A DNA stretch of 64,000 nt, from the NCBI GenBank assembly GCA_009691465.1, contig SICK01000002.1, positions 9,951-73,950 on the forward strand. The letters are read 5' to 3'. The DNA is from Candidatus Kaiserbacteria bacterium (GTDB lineage Bacteria; Patescibacteriota; Minisyncoccia; Phycocordibacterales; SBAW01). The notes beneath the pieces were generated by a model, which did not search any database, was not told the DNA's origin, and worked only from the letters and a program-made list of their open reading frames with translations. This document shows, one piece after another, positions 38,101 to 46,509 of this stretch. Both the position numbers and the translations under genes were made by a program. How positions within the stretch are numbered: the first letter of the stretch is position 1; the number at the start of each line of letters is the position of its first letter.

Positions 38101-39579
38101 ATGAAATATGTACTTTACGCTAGAAAGTCCACCGAGGAAGATGACCGACAAGTCCTAAGTATTCAAGCTCAGCTTGCTGAGCTTTCTTCGTATTCCGCCA
38201 AAGAAAAATTTGATATTGTCGCCTCGTTTTACGAGGCGAAAACCGCAAAAGAGCCCGGGCGAACTGTGTTCGCAGAAATGCTGTCATTCATCGAAGCTGG
38301 GAAAGCAGACGGAATCATATCTTGGCACCCCGATAGATTGGCAAGAAATTCAGTTGATGGTGGCAAGATAATCCACATGGTAGATCGCGGCTTGATTCGT
38401 TCCCTCAAATTTCCGACCCACTGGTTTGAACCAACGCCGCAAGGACTATTCATGCTGAACATTGCTTTCGGACAAAGTAAGTACTTCTCCGACAATTTGC
38501 GAGAGAATGTGAAGCGCGGACTACGACAAAAGATACGGAACGGCGTATGGCCCGGCTGGGCTCCGGTGGGATATCTGAACAATCCTAAGACAAGAGGAAT
38601 CGACGTGGACAATACCAACGCTCCCAAAGTGAAAAAACTATTCGAACTGTATTCCACCGGAGCCTACACGCTAAAATCTCTCGCAAATTGGTGCACGGAA
38701 CAACACCTCAAAACGAACGCTGGCAATTCAATATCACTAAGCAATGTTCAGCATATTCTCTCAAATCCGTTCTACACCGGACTGATGAGATACAAGTCGG
38801 AAATCTTTGAGGGAACCCACGAGCCGGTTCTGACAAAGAAACTTTTTGACCAAGTACAGGAAGTGATGTCGAAACGCGGCAAGGTACACGAAACCAAGAG
38901 GCACAGCTTCGCGTTTCTCGGCCTAATGAAGTGCGCCTCGTGCGGTGCAAGCATCACCGCGCAATATGCGAAAGGAAATGGTGGCATCTACACCTACTAT
39001 CGCTACACAAAAAAACGAGGCGTGTGTACCGAGAAATATCTGCGTGAAGATGTGCTTGAAACACAAATCAAATCGTTCCTACAAAAAGTTTCTTTATCGA
39101 GCCAAGACACGCAGAAAGTTTTGGCGGCGTTGGAACAGGACGAAGCGCAGGAGAAAGAGGAAGCAAGGGCAGAAGCAGAAAACCTAAAAGCGGAACTCGC
39201 AACGCTGGACAACCAATTAGAAAAGTTGCTCAACCTCTATCTTGCTGACGCGCTATCCACAGCAGAATACGCCGCTAAAAAGAATACCCTCATATCTCAA
39301 AAAGTGCGAATCGAGGAGAAAATCACCGACATCGAACAAAGGGGCGTGTCTTGGCTCGAACCGGCTCGTGAATTCGTTTTATCCTTGAATCAAGCCGCGA
39401 ATCTGCTTTCCCACAATGACTTGAGCGGAATGACAGCATTTCTGAAAAACATCGGCGCGAACCATTCTCTGCGAAATCGCCAATTTGAATTCGAGGCCAA
39501 ACCGCAGTACGCGCGAGCCGCCGCGCCCTGCGCGGCGGCGAGCTCCACCTTGCAATTTCCTATTTGGTGCTCCCGGTAG
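38101..39579 (+). CDS. large serine recombinase (resolvase/invertase-type catalytic domain + recombinase domain + zinc ribbon + coiled coil)
   Basis: YARKSTEEDDRQ catalytic-Ser motif, CASCGA zinc ribbon, Glu/Lys-rich coiled coil; AT-rich relative to genome; last 15 nt overlap tRNA-Arg 3' end. Confidence 0.85.
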   Translation: MKYVLYARKSTEEDDRQVLSIQAQLAELSSYSAKEKFDIVASFYEAKTAKEPGRTVFAEMLSFIEAGKADGIISWHPDRLARNSVDGGKIIHMVDRGLIRSLKFPTHWFEPTPQGLFMLNIAFGQSKYFSDNLRENVKRGLRQKIRNGVWPGWAPVGYLNNPKTRGIDVDNTNAPKVKKLFELYSTGAYTLKSLANWCTEQHLKTNAGNSISLSNVQHILSNPFYTGLMRYKSEIFEGTHEPVLTKKLFDQVQEVMSKRGKVHETKRHSFAFLGLMKCASCGASITAQYAKGNGGIYTYYRYTKKRGVCTEKYLREDVLETQIKSFLQKVSLSSQDTQKVLAALEQDEAQEKEEARAEAENLKAELATLDNQLEKLLNLYLADALSTAEYAAKKNTLISQKVRIEEKITDIEQRGVSWLEPAREFVLSLNQAANLLSHNDLSGMTAFLKNIGANHSLRNRQFEFEAKPQYARAAAPCAAASSTLQFPIWCSR

Positions 39580-39639
39580 GAATCGAACCTACATCATATC
39601 CTCCGCAAGGATACGTCCTATCCATTGAACGACGGGAGC
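39565..39639 (-). tRNA. tRNA-Arg (anticodon GCG) with encoded CCA
   Basis: Hand-parsed: GCTCCCG acceptor, anticodon loop TTGCGGA, T-loop TTCGATT, 3' ACCA encoded; convergently overlapped by recombinase stop. Confidence 0.8.
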
Positions 39640-39682
39640 CTTAAACCCTGAAAGCTTACAGGGTTTAGCTTGTTTGGGCAAA

Positions 39683-42600
39683 CTAGATTTCGAGGAAACT
39701 CGGCAGAATGCTCACCGATTTTTGTAGAGGGCTCCCGCTGTCGCAGGTCAGAGTAAAGGTGGTGCGTTTGCTGATGGTCTGCGACAGGGTGCCGTTGAGT
39801 GAGCTGGAGAGTACTCCTGCAGCGGTCGAAGAGAGCGTACAGGCGGTGCCGCTTACCCCGCCGCTCCATACCACGGTGATGGTGCCGCGGCGGCGTACCC
39901 GGCTGGGGGTGACCGACAGCGAGAGTTCGGCAGAGGGTGCGTTGATGCAGGCAGAGCCACCGGTGGGGCAGGTCTGGCCCGCAGAGCAGTTGGTCAGGGT
40001 GGCGCCCGAGCAGGAGTCCACCGTCTTGGTGTTGTCGCCCGAGCAGGTGGCATTGTGCAGACAACCGGCCGTCAGTTTGACCCCACAGGCGCTGCTGCTG
40101 TATGAGAGCGAGGTGACCCCGTGCTGGGTAGAAGCGGCGTAGCTCGAGCTCAATCCCATGCTCGTGCGCGTGATATCCATGGTCTGCCCGATTGACACCA
40201 GACCCGCATGTACGGCGGCCTTGCCCACCGCAGAGTCCCAAGTGTAGCTGCCGTTGGCGGTGCCGTTGCCTCCCCAGATGCTTCCAGATGCAGTACCAAT
40301 CACCGTGATGGGTGTGTAGGCAGAGGGGTGGTCGGTAGCGCAGGTGTCGGCGGCGTCGTTGTCGGTGATGGTAAGCGTTGCCGCCGCGTTGCCGGAAATG
40401 GTGTACCCGTTAGGTGAGTTGAGCGTCAGGACGGCAGTCTCGTTCCCCTCGGCTGTCGTGTCGTCGACCGGTGTGAGCGTTACGATGATCGTGCTCTGCC
40501 CGGGCATAAAGGTAACGCGTGCGCTGGACGGATAGTCGATATAGCCGCCGGCGAGCGTGTAGTCGGTGTTGTTCGTCGCACTGCCGGTGATATCAATATA
40601 CACACCAAGAGGAGAGCTATTGGAACCGCCGCGTGTGACGGTATAGGTGCCGGTGGTCGAGGGTTCTCCAGGGCTGCCCGCGGCAGAGATAGAGATGGTG
40701 TTAGCAGGCGGAGGCGTCCCACCGCCGCTGACGTTTACATTGGCGTTGCAGCTGCTGGAGCCCGAGCTGTTGGTGAGCGTGATAGTAAAGGGTACGGCAA
40801 CGGTACTGCCGGTGCTGTTGGTGATGTTGCCGGAGGAGTAGCTGGTGAGGGTTGCGGGGGTTACTGTTTGGGAGTCGACGCAGTTAACTCCGCTGACTTG
40901 GTTCTGATGGCAGACCAGCGTGGCGCCGGTGGCGGCACCACCCACGTTACTCCAACTAAAGGTGGTATTGTTGCCGCTGCTAATCGAGGTAGGGCTCGGG
41001 GAGAGGCTGGAGTTGCCGCTGACCATGCAGTTGGGGGCGGACGAATTGTTTTGATTATTTTGGGTGCAGGTATTACTGCCCGAGTTGTAGGTGTATCCGC
41101 TCTGTGCATTACAGCTGGGGTAGGTACCGGGGCAATTGGCGGGGCACACCGCCGCTCCTTGTGTAGTAAACGCGCCGGTTGCCTGGTTGCTGTAGGTCCA
41201 CGTACCTAATGCGTTGGTGTTGGCCGCATGCACCCACCAGGTATAGGCGGTGCCGGGGTTGAGGTTACTAAAGGTCATGCTGGTCCCCGTGGTGTTGTCG
41301 TTGATGCAGGTGGCGTTGTCGCTGTAGAGCACCCAGTTTGCACCGATGGCCGGGCAGCCGGCGGTGGGCTTGGGGGTGAGGCGTATGGGGTAGAGGTTGG
41401 TGTTGTAGGCGACAGAGCTCCACGTGCCCGAGCAGGTGGTGGAGTTGCTGCACGAACTTGCGGTGATGTTGGGTGGGGGGAGCGGGGTAAAGTTGTGTGA
41501 TGAAGGAGAGCTCCATCCGCCCGCGTTGTACGCATGCACCCACCAGGTGTAGGCGGTACCCGTGCTCAAATTGTTGAAGGTCATGTTGGTGCCGGAGTTG
41601 GTATCGTGGACGCAGGTGGCGTTGTCGCTGAAGGTCGACCACCCCGAGCCGATAGCTGAACAGCCGCCGGACGGTTTGGGAGTAAGGCGCACGGGGTAGA
41701 GTGTTGCTCCGCTCACCGAGCCCCACACCCCGGTGCAGGTGCCGCCGATGCAGTAGCTGGCGGTGACGTTTGGAGCAGCAGGAATGGGGACTGAAATGGT
41801 CACCGGGATAGACATAGTTGCAGAGCCTACCGGGCCACTGCAAGTAAGGCTGTAGGTAGTGTTGCTGGTGGGGTACACGGTGGTGGAGTTAAGGAGCCCC
41901 GAGCCGCCAAAGTTGGAGCTGGCGGAGTCAAACTGATTTTTAGTCCCGCCGTAGTTGTCGTAGCCGCCACAGGGGCCAAAAGGCGTCCAGTACCAGGAAC
42001 AATACACCGCCCTGAATTCTTCGTAATCCTGGCAGGCCCACTCAAGTACTAGCGCCCCGCCGCTTGCCACAGTGGGGTTAGAGCCGGTAGAGCCGGGCGA
42101 ATAGGAGTGGCTTTCCGCCGCTTGACGGGCGCTGTAGCAGTTAGCTCCCGACCCGAGGGCGACGTATGTATACCCCTCGGCTGGTGCGTAGGTGTTGGGG
42201 CAGTAGTAGCCTCCGCCCTCGCCGCCGTCATACTCGGCCGGACCAACATAGGGCCCTAGTTCTTCGCCCGCGGGGTTGATGGTCTGTAGCGTATAGGCCG
42301 TTTTCCCCGCCGTAGAGCCGGCAGGATGGGCGCTAAAGACGGCCATGATGGCAGCACTATTATTGCCAGTGGCCCAGTTGTTACAGCCGGGCGCGCTAGT
42401 AAACGGTGTTTGATCAAGTTCCCCCTTACCCCAAGGGCCTGTTTTGCAGCCTTGCGGCCGCGGAGAGCCGTTAGAGCCGCTCCCCACTTGATTCCACGGC
42501 GAATTGACATTATAGCCGGGGACGCCCTGTTGGGTGCCCAGCCAGGTAGCGGCCGTTTGTGATTGGTCGATAACACTCAAAGACCCGAGGCTCTTTTCCA

Positions 42601-42700
42601 GCCCGCCTTGGCTGATAAAGATTGCTGCAAAGAGGAGGAGCGCCACGCCGCCGCATCGTGCGGCCAAAAAGCGCAGCTCTTCAGGAGTAAGCGGTCGCAT
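39683..42700 (-). CDS. giant membrane-anchored Cys/Gly/Ser/Thr/Asn-rich surface protein (Fn3-like repeats, Calx-beta-like and LCCL-like domains)
   Basis: N-terminal anchor (LLLFAAIFI); two approximately 100-aa repeats each ending TAYTWWVHA; Calx-beta-like segment (...TLTITDND); LCCL-like segment (...AAVHAGL...); start trimmed to MRPLTPEEL because upstream codon is TTG. Confidence 0.7.
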   Translation of the reverse strand: MRPLTPEELRFLAARCGGVALLLFAAIFISQGGLEKSLGSLSVIDQSQTAATWLGTQQGVPGYNVNSPWNQVGSGSNGSPRPQGCKTGPWGKGELDQTPFTSAPGCNNWATGNNSAAIMAVFSAHPAGSTAGKTAYTLQTINPAGEELGPYVGPAEYDGGEGGGYYCPNTYAPAEGYTYVALGSGANCYSARQAAESHSYSPGSTGSNPTVASGGALVLEWACQDYEEFRAVYCSWYWTPFGPCGGYDNYGGTKNQFDSASSNFGGSGLLNSTTVYPTSNTTYSLTCSGPVGSATMSIPVTISVPIPAAPNVTASYCIGGTCTGVWGSVSGATLYPVRLTPKPSGGCSAIGSGWSTFSDNATCVHDTNSGTNMTFNNLSTGTAYTWWVHAYNAGGWSSPSSHNFTPLPPPNITASSCSNSTTCSGTWSSVAYNTNLYPIRLTPKPTAGCPAIGANWVLYSDNATCINDNTTGTSMTFSNLNPGTAYTWWVHAANTNALGTWTYSNQATGAFTTQGAAVCPANCPGTYPSCNAQSGYTYNSGSNTCTQNNQNNSSAPNCMVSGNSSLSPSPTSISSGNNTTFSWSNVGGAATGATLVCHQNQVSGVNCVDSQTVTPATLTSYSSGNITNSTGSTVAVPFTITLTNSSGSSSCNANVNVSGGGTPPPANTISISAAGSPGEPSTTGTYTVTRGGSNSSPLGVYIDITGSATNNTDYTLAGGYIDYPSSARVTFMPGQSTIIVTLTPVDDTTAEGNETAVLTLNSPNGYTISGNAAATLTITDNDAADTCATDHPSAYTPITVIGTASGSIWGGNGTANGSYTWDSAVGKAAVHAGLVSIGQTMDITRTSMGLSSSYAASTQHGVTSLSYSSSACGVKLTAGCLHNATCSGDNTKTVDSCSGATLTNCSAGQTCPTGGSACINAPSAELSLSVTPSRVRRRGTITVVWSGGVSGTACTLSSTAAGVLSSSLNGTLSQTISKRTTFTLTCDSGSPLQKSVSILPSFLEI

Positions 42701-42751
42701 GCGTCCATTGTACCTCCCAATACAGAAGGCAAAGTCAATTCTCCACAACTA

Positions 42752-42780
42752 TCCTCTCGGTAGGAATCGAGCCTGCATCG
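42752..42780 (-). pseudogene. tRNA 3'-end fragment (T-arm + acceptor 3' strand only)
   Basis: ctcggtaggaatcgagcctgcat resembles the T-arm/acceptor 3' half of the Arg tRNAs (ggtaggaatcgaacctacat) but no 5' half or anticodon arm can be folded. Confidence 0.35.
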
Positions 42781-42866
42781 CATGGATGGTGCGTCGCGGT
42801 CAGGACTTATCCACGTATTGAATATAGGTCTATATCCACTGTAGATAATTCCTATATAATGAACTT

Positions 42867-43562
42867 ATGGCTGGCGTGCGCTACCCCGAAAAGACGAAGC
42901 AAAAAGCGCTGGAGCTGGTACAGTTAGGTAAAACTTACGCCCAAATTCAAACAAATCTCGCAATCCCTAAAAGCACCCTCTCTGTATGGGTCAACCAACT
43001 TGGAAAGAGGCCCGACCGAACCCGGCAGCTAGCTCACCTACGTGTCGCAAGAATAGCCTCTGCAGCAGCCCTCCGGCGTAGCAAAGACTCTCGTATCGCC
43101 CAAGCCACCCTTGTTGCTACTCAACTTGCCGGCGTAACTCCAATCGACAGAAAGGAAGTCGGGAAAGCCTTACTCGCAATGCTATATTGGGCGGAGGGCG
43201 GCAAACAAGATGGAAATATGAAGTTCACAAATACGGACCCGAACCTGGTGGTATTTTTTATTACTTTGCTGCGCAAACAGTACGCCGTGGACGAGAAACG
43301 TCTCCATGTCGCTTTACAATTACACTCCTACCACCGATCGAAAGATGAGCTTAATTTTTGGTCAAAAATACTACATATACCCGTATCACAGTTTTGGAAA
43401 ATCTATAGAAAACCGCGCGGTGGGCGTAGAACATACCGGAGGAATTCCCATGGAATTTGTAACTTGCACTATGCCTCAAGTTCTATCCAGCGCGAACTCA
43501 TAGCTCTCGGTCGCGAGCTCGCATTAAAAATCAGACCCGAAAATGCAGCCGCACTAAATTAG
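42867..43562 (+). CDS. LAGLIDADG-family homing endonuclease with N-terminal HTH
   Basis: LAMLYWAEGGK motif (LAGLIDADG_3-like single motif), N-terminal HTH (TYAQIQTNLAIPKSTLSVW); AT-rich; stop 18 nt before tRNA-Arg(CCG). Confidence 0.65.
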   Translation: MAGVRYPEKTKQKALELVQLGKTYAQIQTNLAIPKSTLSVWVNQLGKRPDRTRQLAHLRVARIASAAALRRSKDSRIAQATLVATQLAGVTPIDRKEVGKALLAMLYWAEGGKQDGNMKFTNTDPNLVVFFITLLRKQYAVDEKRLHVALQLHSYHRSKDELNFWSKILHIPVSQFWKIYRKPRGGRRTYRRNSHGICNLHYASSSIQRELIALGRELALKIRPENAAALN

Positions 43563-43580
43563 TGCTATCTTTCTTAAATT

Positions 43581-43652
43581 GCCCTCGTAGCTCAACGGAT
43601 AGAGCGCAGGCCTCCGAAGCCTGAAATCGAGGTTCGATTCCTCGCGGGGGCA
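43581..43652 (+). tRNA. tRNA-Arg (anticodon CCG)
   Basis: Hand-parsed: acceptor GCCCTCG, anticodon loop CTCCGAA, T-loop TTCGATT. Confidence 0.85.
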
Positions 43653-43658
43653 CAAATA

Positions 43659-43904
43659 TTACTTCGTAGAGAGGGCTTTGGCGACTTTTGCTTTGCGGCG
43701 TGCAGCGGTATTTTTGGTCATGAGTCCCCGCTTCATCGCTTTGTCGATCGCTTGGTAGGCCGCTGCTATCGCTTTGGTATCCCCTTTTTGGGCCAGACGC
43801 ACGCCCTTAAGCGCAAGGCTCAAAGCTTTTTTGCGCGCGTCATTAAAAGCCTTCTTGCGCAGTCCCGCGCGATGGGCTTTCTTGGCGGATGTGGTGATAG
43901 CCAT
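43659..43904 (-). CDS. rpsT: 30S ribosomal protein S20
   Basis: MAITTSAKKAHRAGLRKKAFNDARKKAL... S20 pattern. Confidence 0.9.
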   Translation of the reverse strand: MAITTSAKKAHRAGLRKKAFNDARKKALSLALKGVRLAQKGDTKAIAAAYQAIDKAMKRGLMTKNTAARRKAKVAKALSTK

Positions 43905-43932
43905 ACAGGAGCGATACTACTATACTAAGTGC

Positions 43933-44520
43933 ATGATAGGCAAGCTCACGGGTGTGTTGTCCGGGCCTCCGCAAGACGGCGTGGTGCTGGTCGATGTGCA
44001 GGGTGTGGGCTACTGCGTACGAGTCCCGCTTGCGTTGCTGCTCGCCGAAGGCTCTCCGGTCTCCTTATATATACATACCGCTGTGCGCGAGGACGCCATC
44101 GACCTCTACGGATTTTTGTACGAGGAGGAGCTCGCCTTCTTTCGTCAGTTGATGAGCGTATCCGGTGTGGGCCCCAAGACCGCCCTGTCTATTATGAGCG
44201 TGGGCGAGCCGGCGGCGCTTAAGCGCGCCATTGCGGCGGGCGATGCGGCGGCCCTGCACAAAGTGTTTGGGATAGGGCGCAAGAGCGCCGAGCGACTGGT
44301 GGTCGAGTTGCGCGACAAAGTGCTCTTGGGCCGACACGCACCCACTGCAGCTGCACCAGGAACAGAAGGCGATGCTGAAGTTATCGAAGCCTTAATGGCA
44401 CTCGGCTACAGCGCGCAAGAATGCCGCAAAGTCCTGCGCGACCTCGGAGCGAGCGAAGGGGGCATCAAGGACCGGCTCGGGGCGGCTCTGCGCAGGCTCG
44501 GCTCCCCCACTCACGCATGA
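43933..44520 (+). CDS. ruvA: Holliday junction DNA helicase RuvA
   Basis: MIGKLTG...VDVQGVGYCVRVP OB domain, HhH motifs; start trimmed from long ORF. Confidence 0.85.
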   Translation: MIGKLTGVLSGPPQDGVVLVDVQGVGYCVRVPLALLLAEGSPVSLYIHTAVREDAIDLYGFLYEEELAFFRQLMSVSGVGPKTALSIMSVGEPAALKRAIAAGDAAALHKVFGIGRKSAERLVVELRDKVLLGRHAPTAAAPGTEGDAEVIEALMALGYSAQECRKVLRDLGASEGGIKDRLGAALRRLGSPTHA

Positions 44521-45785
44521 TAGGACTTTTACGCAAGATTATTCCGGCGCCGCTCTTGAGCGCCTACCATTTGGTGCTTGCCCACGCAGGCGCAGTGGTA
44601 TATCGCTTCCCCTCTCGCGAGCTCGTGGTAGTCGCGGTCACGGGCACCAAGGGCAAATCGACCACGGTCGAGCTTGTTGCGGAACTCTTGCGCGTCAGCG
44701 GCAAAAAAACTGCCTCTGCAAGCACTATCCGTTTTTGCATCGACGGCGTGTGCGAGCGCAATCTCTACAAGATGACCATGCCGGGGCGGTTTTTCTTGCA
44801 GCGGTTTTTGCGGCGCGCTGTTGATGCCGGTTGCACGCATGTGGTCGTCGAAATGACCAGCGAGGGCGCGCTCCAGCACCGGCACAAAGGGGTCGAACTG
44901 AATGCGCTGGTGTTTACCAACCTCCAACCCGAACACCTTGAGCGCCACGGCGGGATGGAGGGGTATGCGGCGGCCAAACTCTCGCTGGCCGAGCACGTGG
45001 CCAACTCCCCCAAGCGCCCGCGCATTATCGTTGCAAACAGTGATGACAAATACGGGCAGAAGTTTTTGGAAATCGAGGCCGACCTCAAAGCCCCCTACTC
45101 GCTTGCAGACGCCGAGCCGTACAACACCGATGACAAGAACGTGCGCTTTGTGTGGCGCGGCGAGCTCTTTACGGTGCCACTGCCCGGAGTATTTAATGTA
45201 TACAACTGCCTGGCGGCTCTTACGCTCGGCGATGCGCTTGGTCTAAAAAAAGACGACATGAAGCGCGCGCTCGAACACCTGCCGCCTATCGCAGGCCGAC
45301 AAGAGCGTGTCGAGTGCGGGCAACCCTTTGCCGTTGTGGTCGACTATGCGCACACCCCCGACTCTTTGCGTGCGCTGTTTGAAGCATATACTTCGACTAC
45401 GCTCAGCACAGGTAAAAATAAAAGAATTATTGCGGTCATCGGCTCTACCGGCGGTGGGCGCGACACCTGGAACCGCCCCGAAAAAGGCAAGATTGCCGAG
45501 CAATACTGCGACGTCGTCTATATAGCCAACGAGGATCCCTACGACGAAGACCCGCAGCAAATTCTCACCGCCATCGCCAAGGGATTTAGTATCAAAACAC
45601 CGCATCTCACGCTTGACCGCCGAGCGGCCATCGCCGCGGCGCTCAAAGAAGCACGCGAGGGTGACGCGATATTAATCACCGGCAAGGGCACCGACCCGTA
45701 CATCATGGGCCCCCGTGGCTCCAAACAGGTGTGGAGCGATGCAGGGGTGGCGGGAGAAGAGCTGAAAAAGTTGGGATACAATTAA
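44517..45785 (+). CDS. Mur ligase family protein (MurE/MurF-like)
   Basis: VTGTKGKST P-loop, Mur ligase central and C-terminal domains; start at MIGLLRK overlapping ruvA stop (ATGA). Confidence 0.7.
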   Translation: MIGLLRKIIPAPLLSAYHLVLAHAGAVVYRFPSRELVVVAVTGTKGKSTTVELVAELLRVSGKKTASASTIRFCIDGVCERNLYKMTMPGRFFLQRFLRRAVDAGCTHVVVEMTSEGALQHRHKGVELNALVFTNLQPEHLERHGGMEGYAAAKLSLAEHVANSPKRPRIIVANSDDKYGQKFLEIEADLKAPYSLADAEPYNTDDKNVRFVWRGELFTVPLPGVFNVYNCLAALTLGDALGLKKDDMKRALEHLPPIAGRQERVECGQPFAVVVDYAHTPDSLRALFEAYTSTTLSTGKNKRIIAVIGSTGGGRDTWNRPEKGKIAEQYCDVVYIANEDPYDEDPQQILTAIAKGFSIKTPHLTLDRRAAIAAALKEAREGDAILITGKGTDPYIMGPRGSKQVWSDAGVAGEELKKLGYN

Positions 45786-45788
45786 GGT

Positions 45789-45995
45789 ATGGCAGACGAA
45801 CCAGCTCCGGGGGGACATTACGACATCCTCTTTTTTGTAGGCGGCATACTTTTGGTGCTCGTTGCGCTGTGGTACTACAACGGCGGGCCACAAAAAGCTG
45901 ACCTGCGAGGGCTCTTCTTGGCACCACCTGCTCCGGTGGGCACCGGTAATGCCTACGGACCAACGCCCGGCGCCACCACCACACAAAACCACTAA
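45789..45995 (+). CDS. small hypothetical membrane protein
   Basis: 68 aa, one TM helix, tightly spaced after the Mur ligase gene. Confidence 0.35.
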   Translation: MADEPAPGGHYDILFFVGGILLVLVALWYYNGGPQKADLRGLFLAPPAPVGTGNAYGPTPGATTTQNH

Positions 45996-45998
45996 CCT

Positions 45999-46397
45999 AT
46001 GCTCAACCCCTTCCCCGACCTGTTGGTGTTCTCCTTCTTTGGCCCTACCTTAATCCGCGTTGCCGTAGCGCTCGCTTTTTTCTACATCGCGTACGGGCAG
46101 TCGATGCGCCGGCACGAGATAGCGCAGATGGAGTTCCCCGTAGTTGGGCGCAGCGCGCGCATCACCGCACTGTCGGCCGCATTTTTTGTGCTGGTCGGCG
46201 GCATGCTCTTTTTGGGCTATCACACGCAAGTCGCCGCTATCCTTGCACTGCTCGGGCTCATTAAATGTCTGGTCCTAACAAAATGGTATCCGCGCCTCAT
46301 GCCCATCGACCGCACCGCGCTCGTCCTTCTTATAGTCATGTGCCTCTCGCTCCTGATTTCCGGAGCCGGAGCCTACGCCTTCGACCTACCGCTGTAA
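45999..46397 (+). CDS. hypothetical 4-TM membrane protein
   Basis: 132 aa, four hydrophobic helices. Confidence 0.45.
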   Translation: MLNPFPDLLVFSFFGPTLIRVAVALAFFYIAYGQSMRRHEIAQMEFPVVGRSARITALSAAFFVLVGGMLFLGYHTQVAAILALLGLIKCLVLTKWYPRLMPIDRTALVLLIVMCLSLLISGAGAYAFDLPL

Positions 46398-46435
46398 GCT
46401 TTAAAATAGAGCGCTATTTTGATATAGTGCGGTCA

Positions 46436-46508
46436 AGCGCCCATAGCTCAGTTGGTAGAGCGGCTCCCTTTTAAGGAGATGGTCCTTGGTTCGAATCCAA
46501 GTGGGCGC
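46436..46508 (+). tRNA. tRNA-Lys (anticodon TTT)
   Basis: Hand-parsed: acceptor GCGCCCA, anticodon loop CTTTTAA, T-loop TTCGAAT. Confidence 0.85.
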
Positions 46509-46509
46509 A

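Noticed and set aside
42749-42866. Complete tRNA (possibly intron-containing) upstream of the second LAGLIDADG gene
   Set aside because: Only the T-arm and 3' acceptor strand are recognisable. I could not pair a 5' acceptor strand or an anticodon stem, so it is reported as a fragment instead.
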